From a virus: a DNA stretch of 64,000 nucleotides. Numbering within the stretch: the stretch's first letter is position 1; every line of letters begins with the position of its first letter. The translations under genes were made by a program, and so were the position numbers. The stretch is taken from UHGV virus genome UHGV-1430915; one strand, given 5' to 3'. The notes under the pieces were generated by a model. It did not search any database. It saw nothing but the letters and a program-made list of their open reading frames with translations, and had not been told where the DNA came from. Positions 45,175 to 55,047 of the stretch are shown in pieces.

Positions 45175-47247
45175 TTATGAGAAGTCTGGCGGAACAACAT
45201 CTTCTACATACCCTTTTAGAGCAACCTGCCCCATGTGCAGAACGGTAGAATCTCTGGCGGTAACAGTGATGCTGTCAGACATTACTTGCGGGTATGCCCA
45301 CACATACTGTTTTACCTCAGGGTATCTGTACTCTATAGTTGCCATGTTTCCGCAAATACATCTCCATAAAAATTCTTGGTAATTCCTGGTTGGGTCGTAG
45401 CCATATACCGGAGCAAGCTCTTTGCTAGGAACGAACCCTGCAAGGTATTGTATTTCAGACGGCTTCCAACCTAACTTAACGATAGGTATGTTTACAGACT
45501 CTTTTGCCTTTTCAATACCTCCCTGCATCACCCAATCGTAGCACTCAGTGCAGAAGAAATCAAGAGCACCTGCTTCCTTTTTATATTGGTCAGCAAGGTT
45601 CAGTTTTTGCGTAAGCTCGGTTTCCATAATGGTGGGGAAAAACAGTAAAGCTGTCATCTGAGCCGATGCAGCGTGTGCTTTTATTGCCTTTGAAATAGCT
45701 GCAATACGAGCGCCAAGCTTACCACGACAAAATGCTACATACTTGTCATAAACACCGCCAGTTTTAGGATCGTCAATAGTCCCAATGTCTAGTGCATATT
45801 CACCAGTCTCATCATAAAACGCCTGCTTTGTAGGGTAGTCATAAATACAAGGCTTACGAGTATCGGTATTGAACCACCACCACGGTTCACCAATCTGCAT
45901 AATCACTGGCAGGTTGTTTCTCATAGCGGCTGATGCAAAATTCTTAAATACTGCAGTAAGGAAATTCATACCCTCTTCAATGGTTGGAGACAGGAGGTAA
46001 CTACAAGGTGTATAGCCTGTTTTAGCATAGTTATCGTTCCAGTCTCTCTGGGTCCATTCCAACGGACAGGCATCGCTATAAAGCTCAAAGCTTACAGACT
46101 GCATAACGTCGAAGTCATGTCGTTTGGCATTGTACATAAAATCATCATGCCATTTATAAGCTGCAGCGTTTAGAGCCCCTGTTTTGTTTATAGACCATTG
46201 GGTTCCTGACCATGTGTAGTCATAATAATGGCTCATACCAACATAATGATTTATGGTTCCGGTATAGCCCAGACGCTTGATATTGCTCAACACCCTTAAA
46301 GGGGATACGTTCCACATATCGTCATATGCTGTGCAGATCCCGACGTCGTGCTCTTTCACCTGGATATTGTTAAGTTGCATCATTTTCCAGCCTGTGTCCG
46401 GCTGAAGCAGATCTAGACGCAGCTCACACTCTACATTTTCCGTTCTTGGGTCTGTGCTATTACTTACCCAATCTTTAGGCATAAGCGGTATTAAAATCCT
46501 TCTCACCTGCCGAGGATCAACACCCATCATGTTGTTGTTCTGGTCCATCCCGACGCAGTCCTCGAAATCAATATGAATTTCTGCAACATTCTTATCCTCT
46601 GAGATGCTGACAGCATATTGAGCTAAAGGAACATAGATGATTGTACCATCAACAAGGTCTACAGTCATAATCATCTTTTCAGGGGTGGAGAAGTTGCTGG
46701 CATTGGTTATTGACATTCTGAACCAAAGCTTGGTGTTTCTCATCTCGTAGTGATCATCAAATCCAATGCCGAAATGGTCATACTTGTCAACTGTTTCCCA
46801 AATGCACCCAGCCATGCCTCCATATGTTCTTGACACTAAACGGTTAATACAGCAGTTATTATCCGCAACAATACAGGTGCTTTCAGTCTGCTGTGTGGTT
46901 GTAACCCAGTATCTTGGGTGAAACATTCTCTCCTCAACTGTATCCCAAGATATTCTGTCAAGATTCTCATCTGAAACTATTGTACATTTCGCTCTTTGTG
47001 TTCCAATCATAACCCCTTGGGAGTTTGATGAAAACTCCATAAAGAAGCTCCTTGGCAACCTGTTTGGCAATTTGTCAACAATTTCTACAGGGATCTCGAT
47101 ACTGGTTGCCCCAACCGGGATAGTTACATCGCCCTCAACATGATCATAATCCCTACCCGGAACTGCAGTATCCTGAACTGTGCGGTAATGAAACCGTGCA
47201 GCCATTGTAGAGTAATCACGGTAAGGTTTAAAAACAGCTGTTGCCAT
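45175..47247 (-). CDS. tail fibre/baseplate-associated structural protein (690 aa)
   Basis: Position downstream of the Baseplate_J-like and gpI-like genes; ATGA overlap with the upstream gene. Confidence 0.45.
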   Translation of the reverse strand: MATAVFKPYRDYSTMAARFHYRTVQDTAVPGRDYDHVEGDVTIPVGATSIEIPVEIVDKLPNRLPRSFFMEFSSNSQGVMIGTQRAKCTIVSDENLDRISWDTVEERMFHPRYWVTTTQQTESTCIVADNNCCINRLVSRTYGGMAGCIWETVDKYDHFGIGFDDHYEMRNTKLWFRMSITNASNFSTPEKMIMTVDLVDGTIIYVPLAQYAVSISEDKNVAEIHIDFEDCVGMDQNNNMMGVDPRQVRRILIPLMPKDWVSNSTDPRTENVECELRLDLLQPDTGWKMMQLNNIQVKEHDVGICTAYDDMWNVSPLRVLSNIKRLGYTGTINHYVGMSHYYDYTWSGTQWSINKTGALNAAAYKWHDDFMYNAKRHDFDVMQSVSFELYSDACPLEWTQRDWNDNYAKTGYTPCSYLLSPTIEEGMNFLTAVFKNFASAAMRNNLPVIMQIGEPWWWFNTDTRKPCIYDYPTKQAFYDETGEYALDIGTIDDPKTGGVYDKYVAFCRGKLGARIAAISKAIKAHAASAQMTALLFFPTIMETELTQKLNLADQYKKEAGALDFFCTECYDWVMQGGIEKAKESVNIPIVKLGWKPSEIQYLAGFVPSKELAPVYGYDPTRNYQEFLWRCICGNMATIEYRYPEVKQYVWAYPQVMSDSITVTARDSTVLHMGQVALKGYVEDVVPPDFS

Positions 47248-47933
47248 TAACCCTCCTGTCTAGTTGCGTTTACTGTAATACTTTCACAATAAATGGTTGT
47301 AGTGTCCCAATCAGGTCTTACGTCAGGAACATATAACAAAGTAGCCAGCCCACCAACCCCGAACTGATTTTCTTCCCACACTGATCCAAAGCCGAGAGCT
47401 GTAGAGTCCCCTTCAAAACCAAAAGCTTGCCCTTGCGACTCCGTAAGACGCAAATGACAAGGCAATGGCAGCATATCTAAGATTTGGTCGATAGACTGCA
47501 ATATGTCAAAGCAAGTTTTTCTAATGTTTATGTCAAACCTGAAATTGTCACCTTTCCACGTATCGAAATTATCTCTTCCGAACAACTGTCGTAAGGTGGA
47601 GATGACATCTTCGCGAGTACCACCTCTTGATGATGCTGCCTGCTGAATAATCAGCGTAGCACGAAAATCCGCGTCTGAAAGACCATTCCTAAGAATACCA
47701 AGTTGATTACCAACTTCGTCAAGGTATCTCCCGCTGGCATTGTTAAGCAATCTTCCTTCAGCCAAGCCTACCAGCATTTTATCAACATTCTCCAACCTTT
47801 TAAGGTATACGGTTAAGAATGTGACTAAATTAACCTTCTCAGCCAGAAAATCCCCAGGGAGGTAATCAAGACCTCCCTGAACAAAATCTGGCAGAGTGTG
47901 GATGTGGTTGACATCCGACTTAATCTCTGCCAT
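47247..47933 (-). CDS. baseplate-associated protein (228 aa; possible gpI-like)
   Basis: Position immediately downstream of the Baseplate_J-like gene; translational coupling. Confidence 0.35.
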   Translation of the reverse strand: MAEIKSDVNHIHTLPDFVQGGLDYLPGDFLAEKVNLVTFLTVYLKRLENVDKMLVGLAEGRLLNNASGRYLDEVGNQLGILRNGLSDADFRATLIIQQAASSRGGTREDVISTLRQLFGRDNFDTWKGDNFRFDINIRKTCFDILQSIDQILDMLPLPCHLRLTESQGQAFGFEGDSTALGFGSVWEENQFGVGGLATLLYVPDVRPDWDTTTIYCESITVNATRQEG

Positions 47934-47944
47934 ATCTCACCGCC

Positions 47945-49435
47945 TTAAATAGTTTGTTGGAAAGTTATATTACTTTCGTCTAGATCAAACACCTCAGTCA
48001 TGTTTGCAACAATATCGTTTGTGGTGTAAGCTTCATCAGAGGCCCCCACAGGTTTGACTTGAATTACAAGTCTGTTAAATCTGCCTATTGACACAGCAGC
48101 CGATGCAGCACCAACCAATTGGATATTGTACAACGTATCTGCAACATCCAGTCCGTTAACAACCTGCAAAAGAGCCTCTACAATGGCATCTTTTTCGGTT
48201 GTGGAAAGCGCAGCACCTGAGTAGGTAATTCTTACATCTAGGCGGTAGGTATTTGCCTTGGAGTAATAAATCCTTTCAGTCTGACCGTCTGATGTGGTAA
48301 TATCGTAGAAGATATTCCCATAAGTTCTGTTTGTGCAAGCTATGGTTTGATACAGCGCCTGACAGATATCCTCTGTTGCACCGCCAAACACCACCACTTG
48401 AAACTTATAAGGTGGTATACCTTTCGCATCCGTTTTATCGGTGTTGTTAGAGAACACTCTTACTTTCTCAACACCTTTCACCTCGCTTACAGCGCTAAGG
48501 ATTGCAGGACGAGTAGCTTTAGATGTCAGCTGTTTAGTGCTGGAAGCTCTTAAGCGATACTCCGAGTCCTTCTCAACATCCCTGCCCTCATTGAATCTTT
48601 CTCGGTTGGTAAGCTTGATAAATCCGCTGGGAGTAGGCGACATTGTTGTCACGGTTTCTGCCTCTCTCGACAGCTCACCAGCCTCGTTAGCGATAACATC
48701 CAGGGTGATAGTTCTTTCACCTACAATCGGAGATACTCTGAAATCTACTCTGCTATTAAGCCCAACTTGATCAAGATTCGAATTGTACCCTATCCACAAC
48801 GTTCCTGTCAACATATCGATCTGAATTAAGTCATCGTTCAACAGGGTTGTATTATCGACAATGAATTGCTTAATCTCACCGTAAAAGCTTGGCAAATCAG
48901 AAGAGTCCAGAGCCTTATCGGTTAAAACCAGACTTTTTGTTTTGATACTTCCGTCTGTCTGGTTGGTAATTTGAAAGTTGTATTTCCCAATTCTTAGGTC
49001 TGGAGCGTTTATTCTGTGAGCAATAAGATTTCCCGCCACCTGCACATCGTTGCTAAGAACAAAGTTGCCACTGTCCAGCGTATAAGTTTTGGAATCATAA
49101 ATCATATTGTACGGCACAGTTGTGTTAATTGTCAACTGGCAGGTACCTGACGATTTAGAACGACCTCTTCGGTAAATACCTTGCCTTCCAAGAAGTTCAT
49201 CAAGGTAAATACCTTCTGCCCCATACAGCGTCTGCGATGCGTACACAGATGCTGCCATAAGAATAAGTTGATACTCTCGCTCGTTGAAGATAGTGGTCAG
49301 CTTATCTGCAACGGAGTTACTCTGTACGTTGAAGTTTTCGCCAAAAGCACGGATCAGGCTTTGCTTAGTTTCAACGATTAGGTCATTTAGGGTTGGTATA
49401 ACGAAACCAGCCTCTGTCAATCCATACTTAGCCAC
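47945..49435 (-). CDS. baseplate J-like protein (gp6/gpJ family)
   Basis: N-terminal pattern YGLTEAGFVIPTLNDLIVETKQSLIRAFGENFN...AEGIYLDELLGRQGIYRRG is typical of the Baseplate_J family. Confidence 0.5.
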   Translation of the reverse strand: MAKYGLTEAGFVIPTLNDLIVETKQSLIRAFGENFNVQSNSVADKLTTIFNEREYQLILMAASVYASQTLYGAEGIYLDELLGRQGIYRRGRSKSSGTCQLTINTTVPYNMIYDSKTYTLDSGNFVLSNDVQVAGNLIAHRINAPDLRIGKYNFQITNQTDGSIKTKSLVLTDKALDSSDLPSFYGEIKQFIVDNTTLLNDDLIQIDMLTGTLWIGYNSNLDQVGLNSRVDFRVSPIVGERTITLDVIANEAGELSREAETVTTMSPTPSGFIKLTNRERFNEGRDVEKDSEYRLRASSTKQLTSKATRPAILSAVSEVKGVEKVRVFSNNTDKTDAKGIPPYKFQVVVFGGATEDICQALYQTIACTNRTYGNIFYDITTSDGQTERIYYSKANTYRLDVRITYSGAALSTTEKDAIVEALLQVVNGLDVADTLYNIQLVGAASAAVSIGRFNRLVIQVKPVGASDEAYTTNDIVANMTEVFDLDESNITFQQTI

Positions 49436-49506
49436 GTCACTCCTCCGGTATGAAAATCTCTACAAGGTATTTTACCAAATTTTGTAACAATAGTCAATCT
49501 GAGCAT

Positions 49507-49531
49507 AAAAATAAACCCCGCCGAAGCGGGG
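49507..49531 (-). terminator. rho-independent terminator (minus strand), UUCG-loop family
   Basis: CCCCGC-UUCG-GCGGGG followed by a U-rich tract on the minus transcript, just downstream of the gene ending at 49541. Confidence 0.6.
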
Positions 49532-49540
49532 CTTTAAAGG

Positions 49541-52500
49541 TTAGTCGTGAGACTCGTTCCAAGGTCCTTGGAAACTAGAGTTTGAACGACTTACTACAAC
49601 GGTAGGACAGGATATTGTGATGCCTGTCACGTTCCCTGTTGACCATGGCGTGTAAATTTCAACGATAATGTCTATGGTTTGTTCTCCAAGGCCTGTTATT
49701 CCGATAGCGCACATACCATCATTGTCGTTTCCGTACTTCTTACCAGCAAGGAGCTGATGACCAGCTATCCACGCATTCAGTTGAGAGTTGGCACGCGTAC
49801 CGTTCAGTTTAAAGAAGAATGTTACGTTCTTACCTTGGCCTTGCACGTTGTCCACATATCTCCACCTCCAACGGCAAACCCTTTGCTGGGAGTTATATAC
49901 TGGAGCACAATCTCCGTAAGTCCTGTGTGCAACAATCGCACCTTCGAACTGGTTAGCACGGATAACGGAAGCTTCTACACGTCCACGGAATGTACCTCCT
50001 GTTGCATCTATGGTGCCTCTAAAGCTACCATTATTGGCATAAACATCCCCACGGAAAGTGCCACTGGTAGCGTTAACTGCCCCTGTGAAGTTACCTGCAC
50101 TAGCGTTGATGTTACCTTTCACCCACACATCCATAAACTGGGCGTGTCCGTTCTTGTTAATATACCAACCGTATTTATGGTACCCGTTGCCATCGTAGTT
50201 GTTAGACGAAATTTCTTGTGCAATCTTGGCAGAAGAGATCGTCCCGTTCTCTATAAAAGCATCTTTCAAGAACGCTTGGTTGTTCTTGATTGCGAAAGCA
50301 AGGGTTGCTGTTCCATTTCCGGGGTTGTATACCGCAAAGTTGTTTGCACTAACCATGAAGTATGATTGAACTTGGCCTCCAGAGCCTTCCATGCCCAATT
50401 GGATACCTGCCACATACTTATTCCCTGCAGAGTCTACCTGTATTTTTGTGCCCCATTGAGCATTTACTTTGCCCTCTAAGTCTGTCACAGCCTTAGATGT
50501 TGTAGCTACTGCAGCTCTAAGCTCTGACACATCACCGACATCATCAATGATCTCCTGCTTAGCAACAGCAAGTTCTTGACGAATAGCTGACGCTGTGCCG
50601 TTAATAAGATCCACGGTTGCTTTGTTGGTATCGGAGATTGTAGCGTCCAGTGCTGTTTTTGTGGAGGTCAGCTTACCATCCAAATCCTTAATCGCCTGTT
50701 TGTTGGTAGAAATTTCTCCACGTGCAGAAGTTATCTGCTCCGACAGTGCAGAGGTTTTCTGATTCAACAAATCTGTGGTGGCCTTGTTGGTATTGGCAAT
50801 CAAGGTATTGAGATCAGTTTTTGCGGTAGTTATCTTACCATCAAGGGTGGTATAGTTCTTAGATACCGTAGCGTTTGTCTGACTGATCTTTTGATCCAGA
50901 GTTTCAGATGTCCTGTTGAGAAGATCCACTGTCGCCTGGTTGGTGCTTAAGATGCTTGCATCAAGTTCCGTTCTCTGGGTATTGATCTTGCCATCTAGAG
51001 TTTTATCTCCGGCAAGGTATCCGCTCTCCACACCACTTATTTGTTCTACCAACTCCCCTTTGGCTGCAACCAATTTCTCGTCTAAAGCCTCTGTCTTTTT
51101 GTTCAGAAGATCAGTGGTTGCTTTATTGGTTGTCTCGATCAGGGATGCCAGTCTTCCACTTTCAGTGTTCAGATCGTTGGTGAACTTGTTCTGTGCAGCA
51201 ACAAGTTTCCTATCCAGAGCTGTGATATTACCATTGACATCCTCAAACTTCTGAGTTGTCTCTGTAACTACCGCACCTATCCTATCTCCAAGTTGTTGGA
51301 ATGCCTCATCTACCCTTCCGTCCATGTACTTGTTAAGCTCTGTGACACGATTTTCAACCTCCTCGATAGAGGAATCTAAAGTGCTCATCAACTCTTTATA
51401 AGTTTCTGTCTTTTTAAATTCAGCATCTATCTGAGGCATCAAATCTTCAATAGAGGTGTAGCAGCGTGCAGCGCATTCTACAAACTGAGAACTACCAAAA
51501 GCGTTTGTGGTTCGAATATACCAATAATAAATCTTATCGTTCTGCAGACCTTCAGATGTCCAAGTTGAACCAACACCCATACGGGTAGCTTTTGAAGTAA
51601 CGGTTGCATCACTTGTGTCCGGCAACCTTGTCATACCAGATGTCCAAAAATCATACTGGGTGCTTACACTTGCTAAGTCCCTGCTGTGCGGAATCAAGGT
51701 GATAGCAAAGTATCCCTGCTTAACTTCTACAGAAACAGGAGCTTCAGGTGCTTGAATGTTGAACTCGCAGTAGGCTTCTGGAGATACACCACCCTTATAA
51801 GATGTTGCAGCCACGGTTGCTGTGTATGACCCTTTGGTCAATCCTTCTACGCGGACAAACTGCTCGACTGTTTGTGCTGTCCAAATAATCTCTCCGTTCT
51901 TTCTTACCTGCACAATATTTTGAGCATAAGTTCCAACGTTGTCCCAAGCCAAAACACCATGAGTTACTTCCCCAGCTTGAAGAACAGAGTATCTGAAGTT
52001 TTGCGGTTGAGCTACACCGGACGGGGATATCGGAATATCCACATCTCCAGAATCCGGAAGTTGCCCTGTGGCATCATTCCACTCTTTAGCATCTTGACGG
52101 AGTTTTACCTTGACACCGCCCTTTTTGGTGAACTCCCATTCAAGAACCCTCATTTCTTGGCCCACTATACCAATACTTGGAAGGTCCATCGTAACGTAAC
52201 GCCCAGGCTTAAATTTAAAACCCCGCATATTGCAGGTTACTTCAATAATCCTGCCAGCTCTGGCACGTCTTAAGAATATTGCGGAAACACGCTGAGCCTG
52301 ATAAGGACTGGTAACAAAACGATAATCTATATCAATTATCTTTCTTTCTCCGTCCTTCTCTACCCATTCAGGTACGAACACCGACGGGAAGTCTGTTTCA
52401 GAATACCCTTTGGTTGGACTGGTGAATCTTCCGGTTATTGTGTTTGATCTTTTGTCGAAGGAGGCTTCAGGATAGATCTTAACCTCACCGCAAACACAGT

Positions 52501-53392
52501 CCTCACTCAGTGTCATTGTTGCCGGGCCATAGTATGCACCTACCAGCAGACCATATTTGCCAGCCACATAGCTAAGGTCTGCACCACAAGCCTTCAGCAT
52601 CTCTGCCATAATACTTGCTGGTGCTTCGTCCATGTCGAACTCGCCATTAATGGTGTAACGGCGCTCACTGGTTCCGTCCGCGTTTTTTACAGCCTCGTCG
52701 CATATGTTGGCAGCTTCCTTGAAGGACTCCCAGTTGATGGTTTCGTCAGGACATTTAAGGTACGTTCTTAGATAGTCCAGAATCACCAAGGCAGCGTTAT
52801 TGGTATACACCTCTTTACTGATACGAGGATCATAACATTTTTTACCAACCTTGACGAGTGTAACGTTTGGCAACCCAAAAGGAAACTTGTTAGGGTCAAA
52901 CTTAAAGCTGGCACGTAGCCAACTGATCCCTCTACCTATCATGTCTGGTGACCACGAAGGGCAGTGTGTGCCCATGAAAGGATCAGAGGTTTTTCTGTCG
53001 TTATGTAGCTCCCAAGATACCAAATCCCCATATGAGGAAATAGGATTACCGTCGATAAGTATATCTTCTACACCTTCCAGAGGATGATTGGCAAGAACAA
53101 TAGCACAATGAAGGGTTCTGTCCCTGTCCTGCTCCAAAAACGCAAGCAATCCAGATGTGCGTGTCTTCCCATACACTACAGAGCAAGGTGCAGCAGAAGA
53201 TCTGAGAAGCTTTTGTCTATCTTGCTGACTTCTGTAAGATTTGTTACCTTCGAAAATCTTATCCAGGGTTCTGGTGGTAACAGTGTTCAGGCTGTCAGCC
53301 AGAGCTGCCTTGGATGCGTTCCAGTCATAGCTCGAAGATCTTGCAGAAGCAACGATGTTATCAATCATTGCAATTGGCATTAATACCTCCAA
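49541..53392 (-). CDS. central tail fibre/host-specificity protein (lambda gpJ-like), 1283 aa
   Basis: Long central coiled-coil heptad repeat region (ATTDLLN.KT.ALD.KL...) and a C-terminal segment (SYFMVSANNFAVYNP...AFLKDAFIENGTISSAKI) resembling the conserved J-protein tail. Confidence 0.55.
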   Translation of the reverse strand: MEVLMPIAMIDNIVASARSSSYDWNASKAALADSLNTVTTRTLDKIFEGNKSYRSQQDRQKLLRSSAAPCSVVYGKTRTSGLLAFLEQDRDRTLHCAIVLANHPLEGVEDILIDGNPISSYGDLVSWELHNDRKTSDPFMGTHCPSWSPDMIGRGISWLRASFKFDPNKFPFGLPNVTLVKVGKKCYDPRISKEVYTNNAALVILDYLRTYLKCPDETINWESFKEAANICDEAVKNADGTSERRYTINGEFDMDEAPASIMAEMLKACGADLSYVAGKYGLLVGAYYGPATMTLSEDCVCGEVKIYPEASFDKRSNTITGRFTSPTKGYSETDFPSVFVPEWVEKDGERKIIDIDYRFVTSPYQAQRVSAIFLRRARAGRIIEVTCNMRGFKFKPGRYVTMDLPSIGIVGQEMRVLEWEFTKKGGVKVKLRQDAKEWNDATGQLPDSGDVDIPISPSGVAQPQNFRYSVLQAGEVTHGVLAWDNVGTYAQNIVQVRKNGEIIWTAQTVEQFVRVEGLTKGSYTATVAATSYKGGVSPEAYCEFNIQAPEAPVSVEVKQGYFAITLIPHSRDLASVSTQYDFWTSGMTRLPDTSDATVTSKATRMGVGSTWTSEGLQNDKIYYWYIRTTNAFGSSQFVECAARCYTSIEDLMPQIDAEFKKTETYKELMSTLDSSIEEVENRVTELNKYMDGRVDEAFQQLGDRIGAVVTETTQKFEDVNGNITALDRKLVAAQNKFTNDLNTESGRLASLIETTNKATTDLLNKKTEALDEKLVAAKGELVEQISGVESGYLAGDKTLDGKINTQRTELDASILSTNQATVDLLNRTSETLDQKISQTNATVSKNYTTLDGKITTAKTDLNTLIANTNKATTDLLNQKTSALSEQITSARGEISTNKQAIKDLDGKLTSTKTALDATISDTNKATVDLINGTASAIRQELAVAKQEIIDDVGDVSELRAAVATTSKAVTDLEGKVNAQWGTKIQVDSAGNKYVAGIQLGMEGSGGQVQSYFMVSANNFAVYNPGNGTATLAFAIKNNQAFLKDAFIENGTISSAKIAQEISSNNYDGNGYHKYGWYINKNGHAQFMDVWVKGNINASAGNFTGAVNATSGTFRGDVYANNGSFRGTIDATGGTFRGRVEASVIRANQFEGAIVAHRTYGDCAPVYNSQQRVCRWRWRYVDNVQGQGKNVTFFFKLNGTRANSQLNAWIAGHQLLAGKKYGNDNDGMCAIGITGLGEQTIDIIVEIYTPWSTGNVTGITISCPTVVVSRSNSSFQGPWNESHD

Positions 53393-53817
53393 ACATCAAC
53401 AACGATAGAGTCTTTCATGTCGAACATAAAGATCCCCTTATCACCTTTCGCCCAAATCTGGTTGTTCCAGAACACACCCGCGGTGAGCCCGTTCAGACCT
53501 TCGAAAATAACAATATCGCCACGCTGAACCTGTTTAGGAGTATCCAGTCGAGTCAAAAAGAGATCAAAAATAGTAGGCAGGTGGGTGGTTTTGAAACGGA
53601 GCATGCACCATCTCTTGCTTTCCAACTCTGTTTTATACGTTCCTTCAAAGTTAGAAAGAAAATCTGTTCCATATTGGGCATCAACACATTTAGCCGCAAA
53701 AGTGCAACAATCGTGGAATCCCCATTCAAACTGGACGGTAGCTTCTTCGTCAAACACTTTCCACAATCTTTCTTGCCAGTCTACTAAACGAGGGTGTGTG
53801 CTCATTAAACCTCCCAA
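53380..53817 (-). CDS. tail-tip protein, possible NlpC/P60-like (gpK-like) fold
   Basis: FEWGFHDCCTFAAKCV and RGDIVIFEG segments resemble the NlpC/P60 Cys region; position upstream of the J-like gene. Confidence 0.3.
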   Translation of the reverse strand: MGGLMSTHPRLVDWQERLWKVFDEEATVQFEWGFHDCCTFAAKCVDAQYGTDFLSNFEGTYKTELESKRWCMLRFKTTHLPTIFDLFLTRLDTPKQVQRGDIVIFEGLNGLTAGVFWNNQIWAKGDKGIFMFDMKDSIVVDVWRY

Positions 53818-54371
53818 ATGATCGGGCGGCTTGCCACCTGATCCACATATTTAAAAAATCTGTCATTATCGTTTCTTGAGCTATGGCTCTCCTCTGTGTA
53901 TCGATAAGGAAAACCTCTTAACCAGCTGTTGAAGATGGAAGATATGGATATGGACAAAGCACTATTCTCCCCTGTCTGAATAGCCATGTCTGTTATAAGG
54001 CCGTCAAACAAGCCATTGGTTGTAACAGGTAAACCATTCTCCATAGCTGTGATATACAACGTGGCACGACAACCCGAATACTCTGTCTTCAGCAGATCAC
54101 CTACATACTTGGGATCAAATCCGTTCAATGTTGCTACCACAGATCCGAAGTTGGTGGCATCTTTCTCAGAAACAGCAGTCAATGTTGCTGATCCACCTAT
54201 CCCTATAAAATGTTGCCCCTCAATCACCACAACACCAGTTCCTGAGCACACCCTGACAGTCCCTGTTGGTAGCTCTAGCTTTGCAGCAATTAAGATCTCA
54301 ACACTATCAAGCTCCAGCTTTTCAAGAAATAAATTATCTAATGGCGCTCTAATCATCTTAGAAATCCTCAA
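53805..54371 (-). CDS. minor tail protein (188 aa)
   Basis: Position in the tail-tip operon; overlapping stop/start with neighbours. Confidence 0.4.
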   Translation of the reverse strand: MRISKMIRAPLDNLFLEKLELDSVEILIAAKLELPTGTVRVCSGTGVVVIEGQHFIGIGGSATLTAVSEKDATNFGSVVATLNGFDPKYVGDLLKTEYSGCRATLYITAMENGLPVTTNGLFDGLITDMAIQTGENSALSISISSIFNSWLRGFPYRYTEESHSSRNDNDRFFKYVDQVASRPIIWEV

Positions 54372-54948
54372 AGAAGTTGATAACTATATTATCACCTTTT
54401 TGCATAGCATCGACTTTTTGCTTAATTTTATAAATATCTCTGATATGAAACCTACCCTTTGGGGATTGAGTTATTATCTTCATAGTGTCCCCTGCGGCAA
54501 TAGGTTTTCTAAGTCTTGGAGATATGCTTATAACAGCAGACCCAACACCATCGCTGCGCACTGGAGCTGTTACCACTTTCAATTCATCGTTAACAGATAT
54601 TTTATCCCCAGCTCTGGCTATGTCTCTGTTTGGCTCCCATCCGACCGTCTTCAAAAAATCGTCGTTACCAGTAGGCCCAAGGGCGATTGGCTCATTATCT
54701 GTTACTGAGTGACCGTACGTTTTAATAAGAAAAATGTTCCCGTCTTTATACACCTGATCAACAAAGCTCTTAAGCTCTAGCAACTGTGACTCGCTGATAT
54801 TGGAAACCGTCAAAGTGCCTTTCCAGTTAGGTGTGGCATAGGTCACTTTTTGCGTTTTACCTGTAAACGGACTTTTAAACGTAACAATATCTGCCAGCAG
54901 CTCCAATCTAATATCTGGAAGGTATCTAGGCCTTTCCCATAAAAACAT
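54358..54948 (-). CDS. minor tail/distal tail protein (196 aa)
   Basis: Position in the tail-tip operon, first gene after the terminator at 55012-55040. Confidence 0.4.
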   Translation of the reverse strand: MFLWERPRYLPDIRLELLADIVTFKSPFTGKTQKVTYATPNWKGTLTVSNISESQLLELKSFVDQVYKDGNIFLIKTYGHSVTDNEPIALGPTGNDDFLKTVGWEPNRDIARAGDKISVNDELKVVTAPVRSDGVGSAVISISPRLRKPIAAGDTMKIITQSPKGRFHIRDIYKIKQKVDAMQKGDNIVINFFEDF

Positions 54949-55011
54949 TGTGCCTCCAGGTTAAACAATCATGATAGTTATTTTACCAGATTTTGAGTTA
55001 ATACGCAATAC

Positions 55012-55040
55012 AAACAAAAAGCCCCCGCCGAAGCGAGGGC
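55012..55040 (-). terminator. rho-independent terminator (minus strand), UUCG-loop family
   Basis: GCCCUCGC-UUCG-GCGGGGGC then CUUUUUGUUUG on the minus transcript; the stem is fully paired only on the minus strand. Confidence 0.6.
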
Positions 55041-55047
55041 AAAACAG

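Noticed and set aside
45175-47247. Tail-associated polysaccharide depolymerase (also considered for 58890-61487)
   Set aside because: Only aromatic-rich composition, no catalytic motif I could name; left as structural proteins
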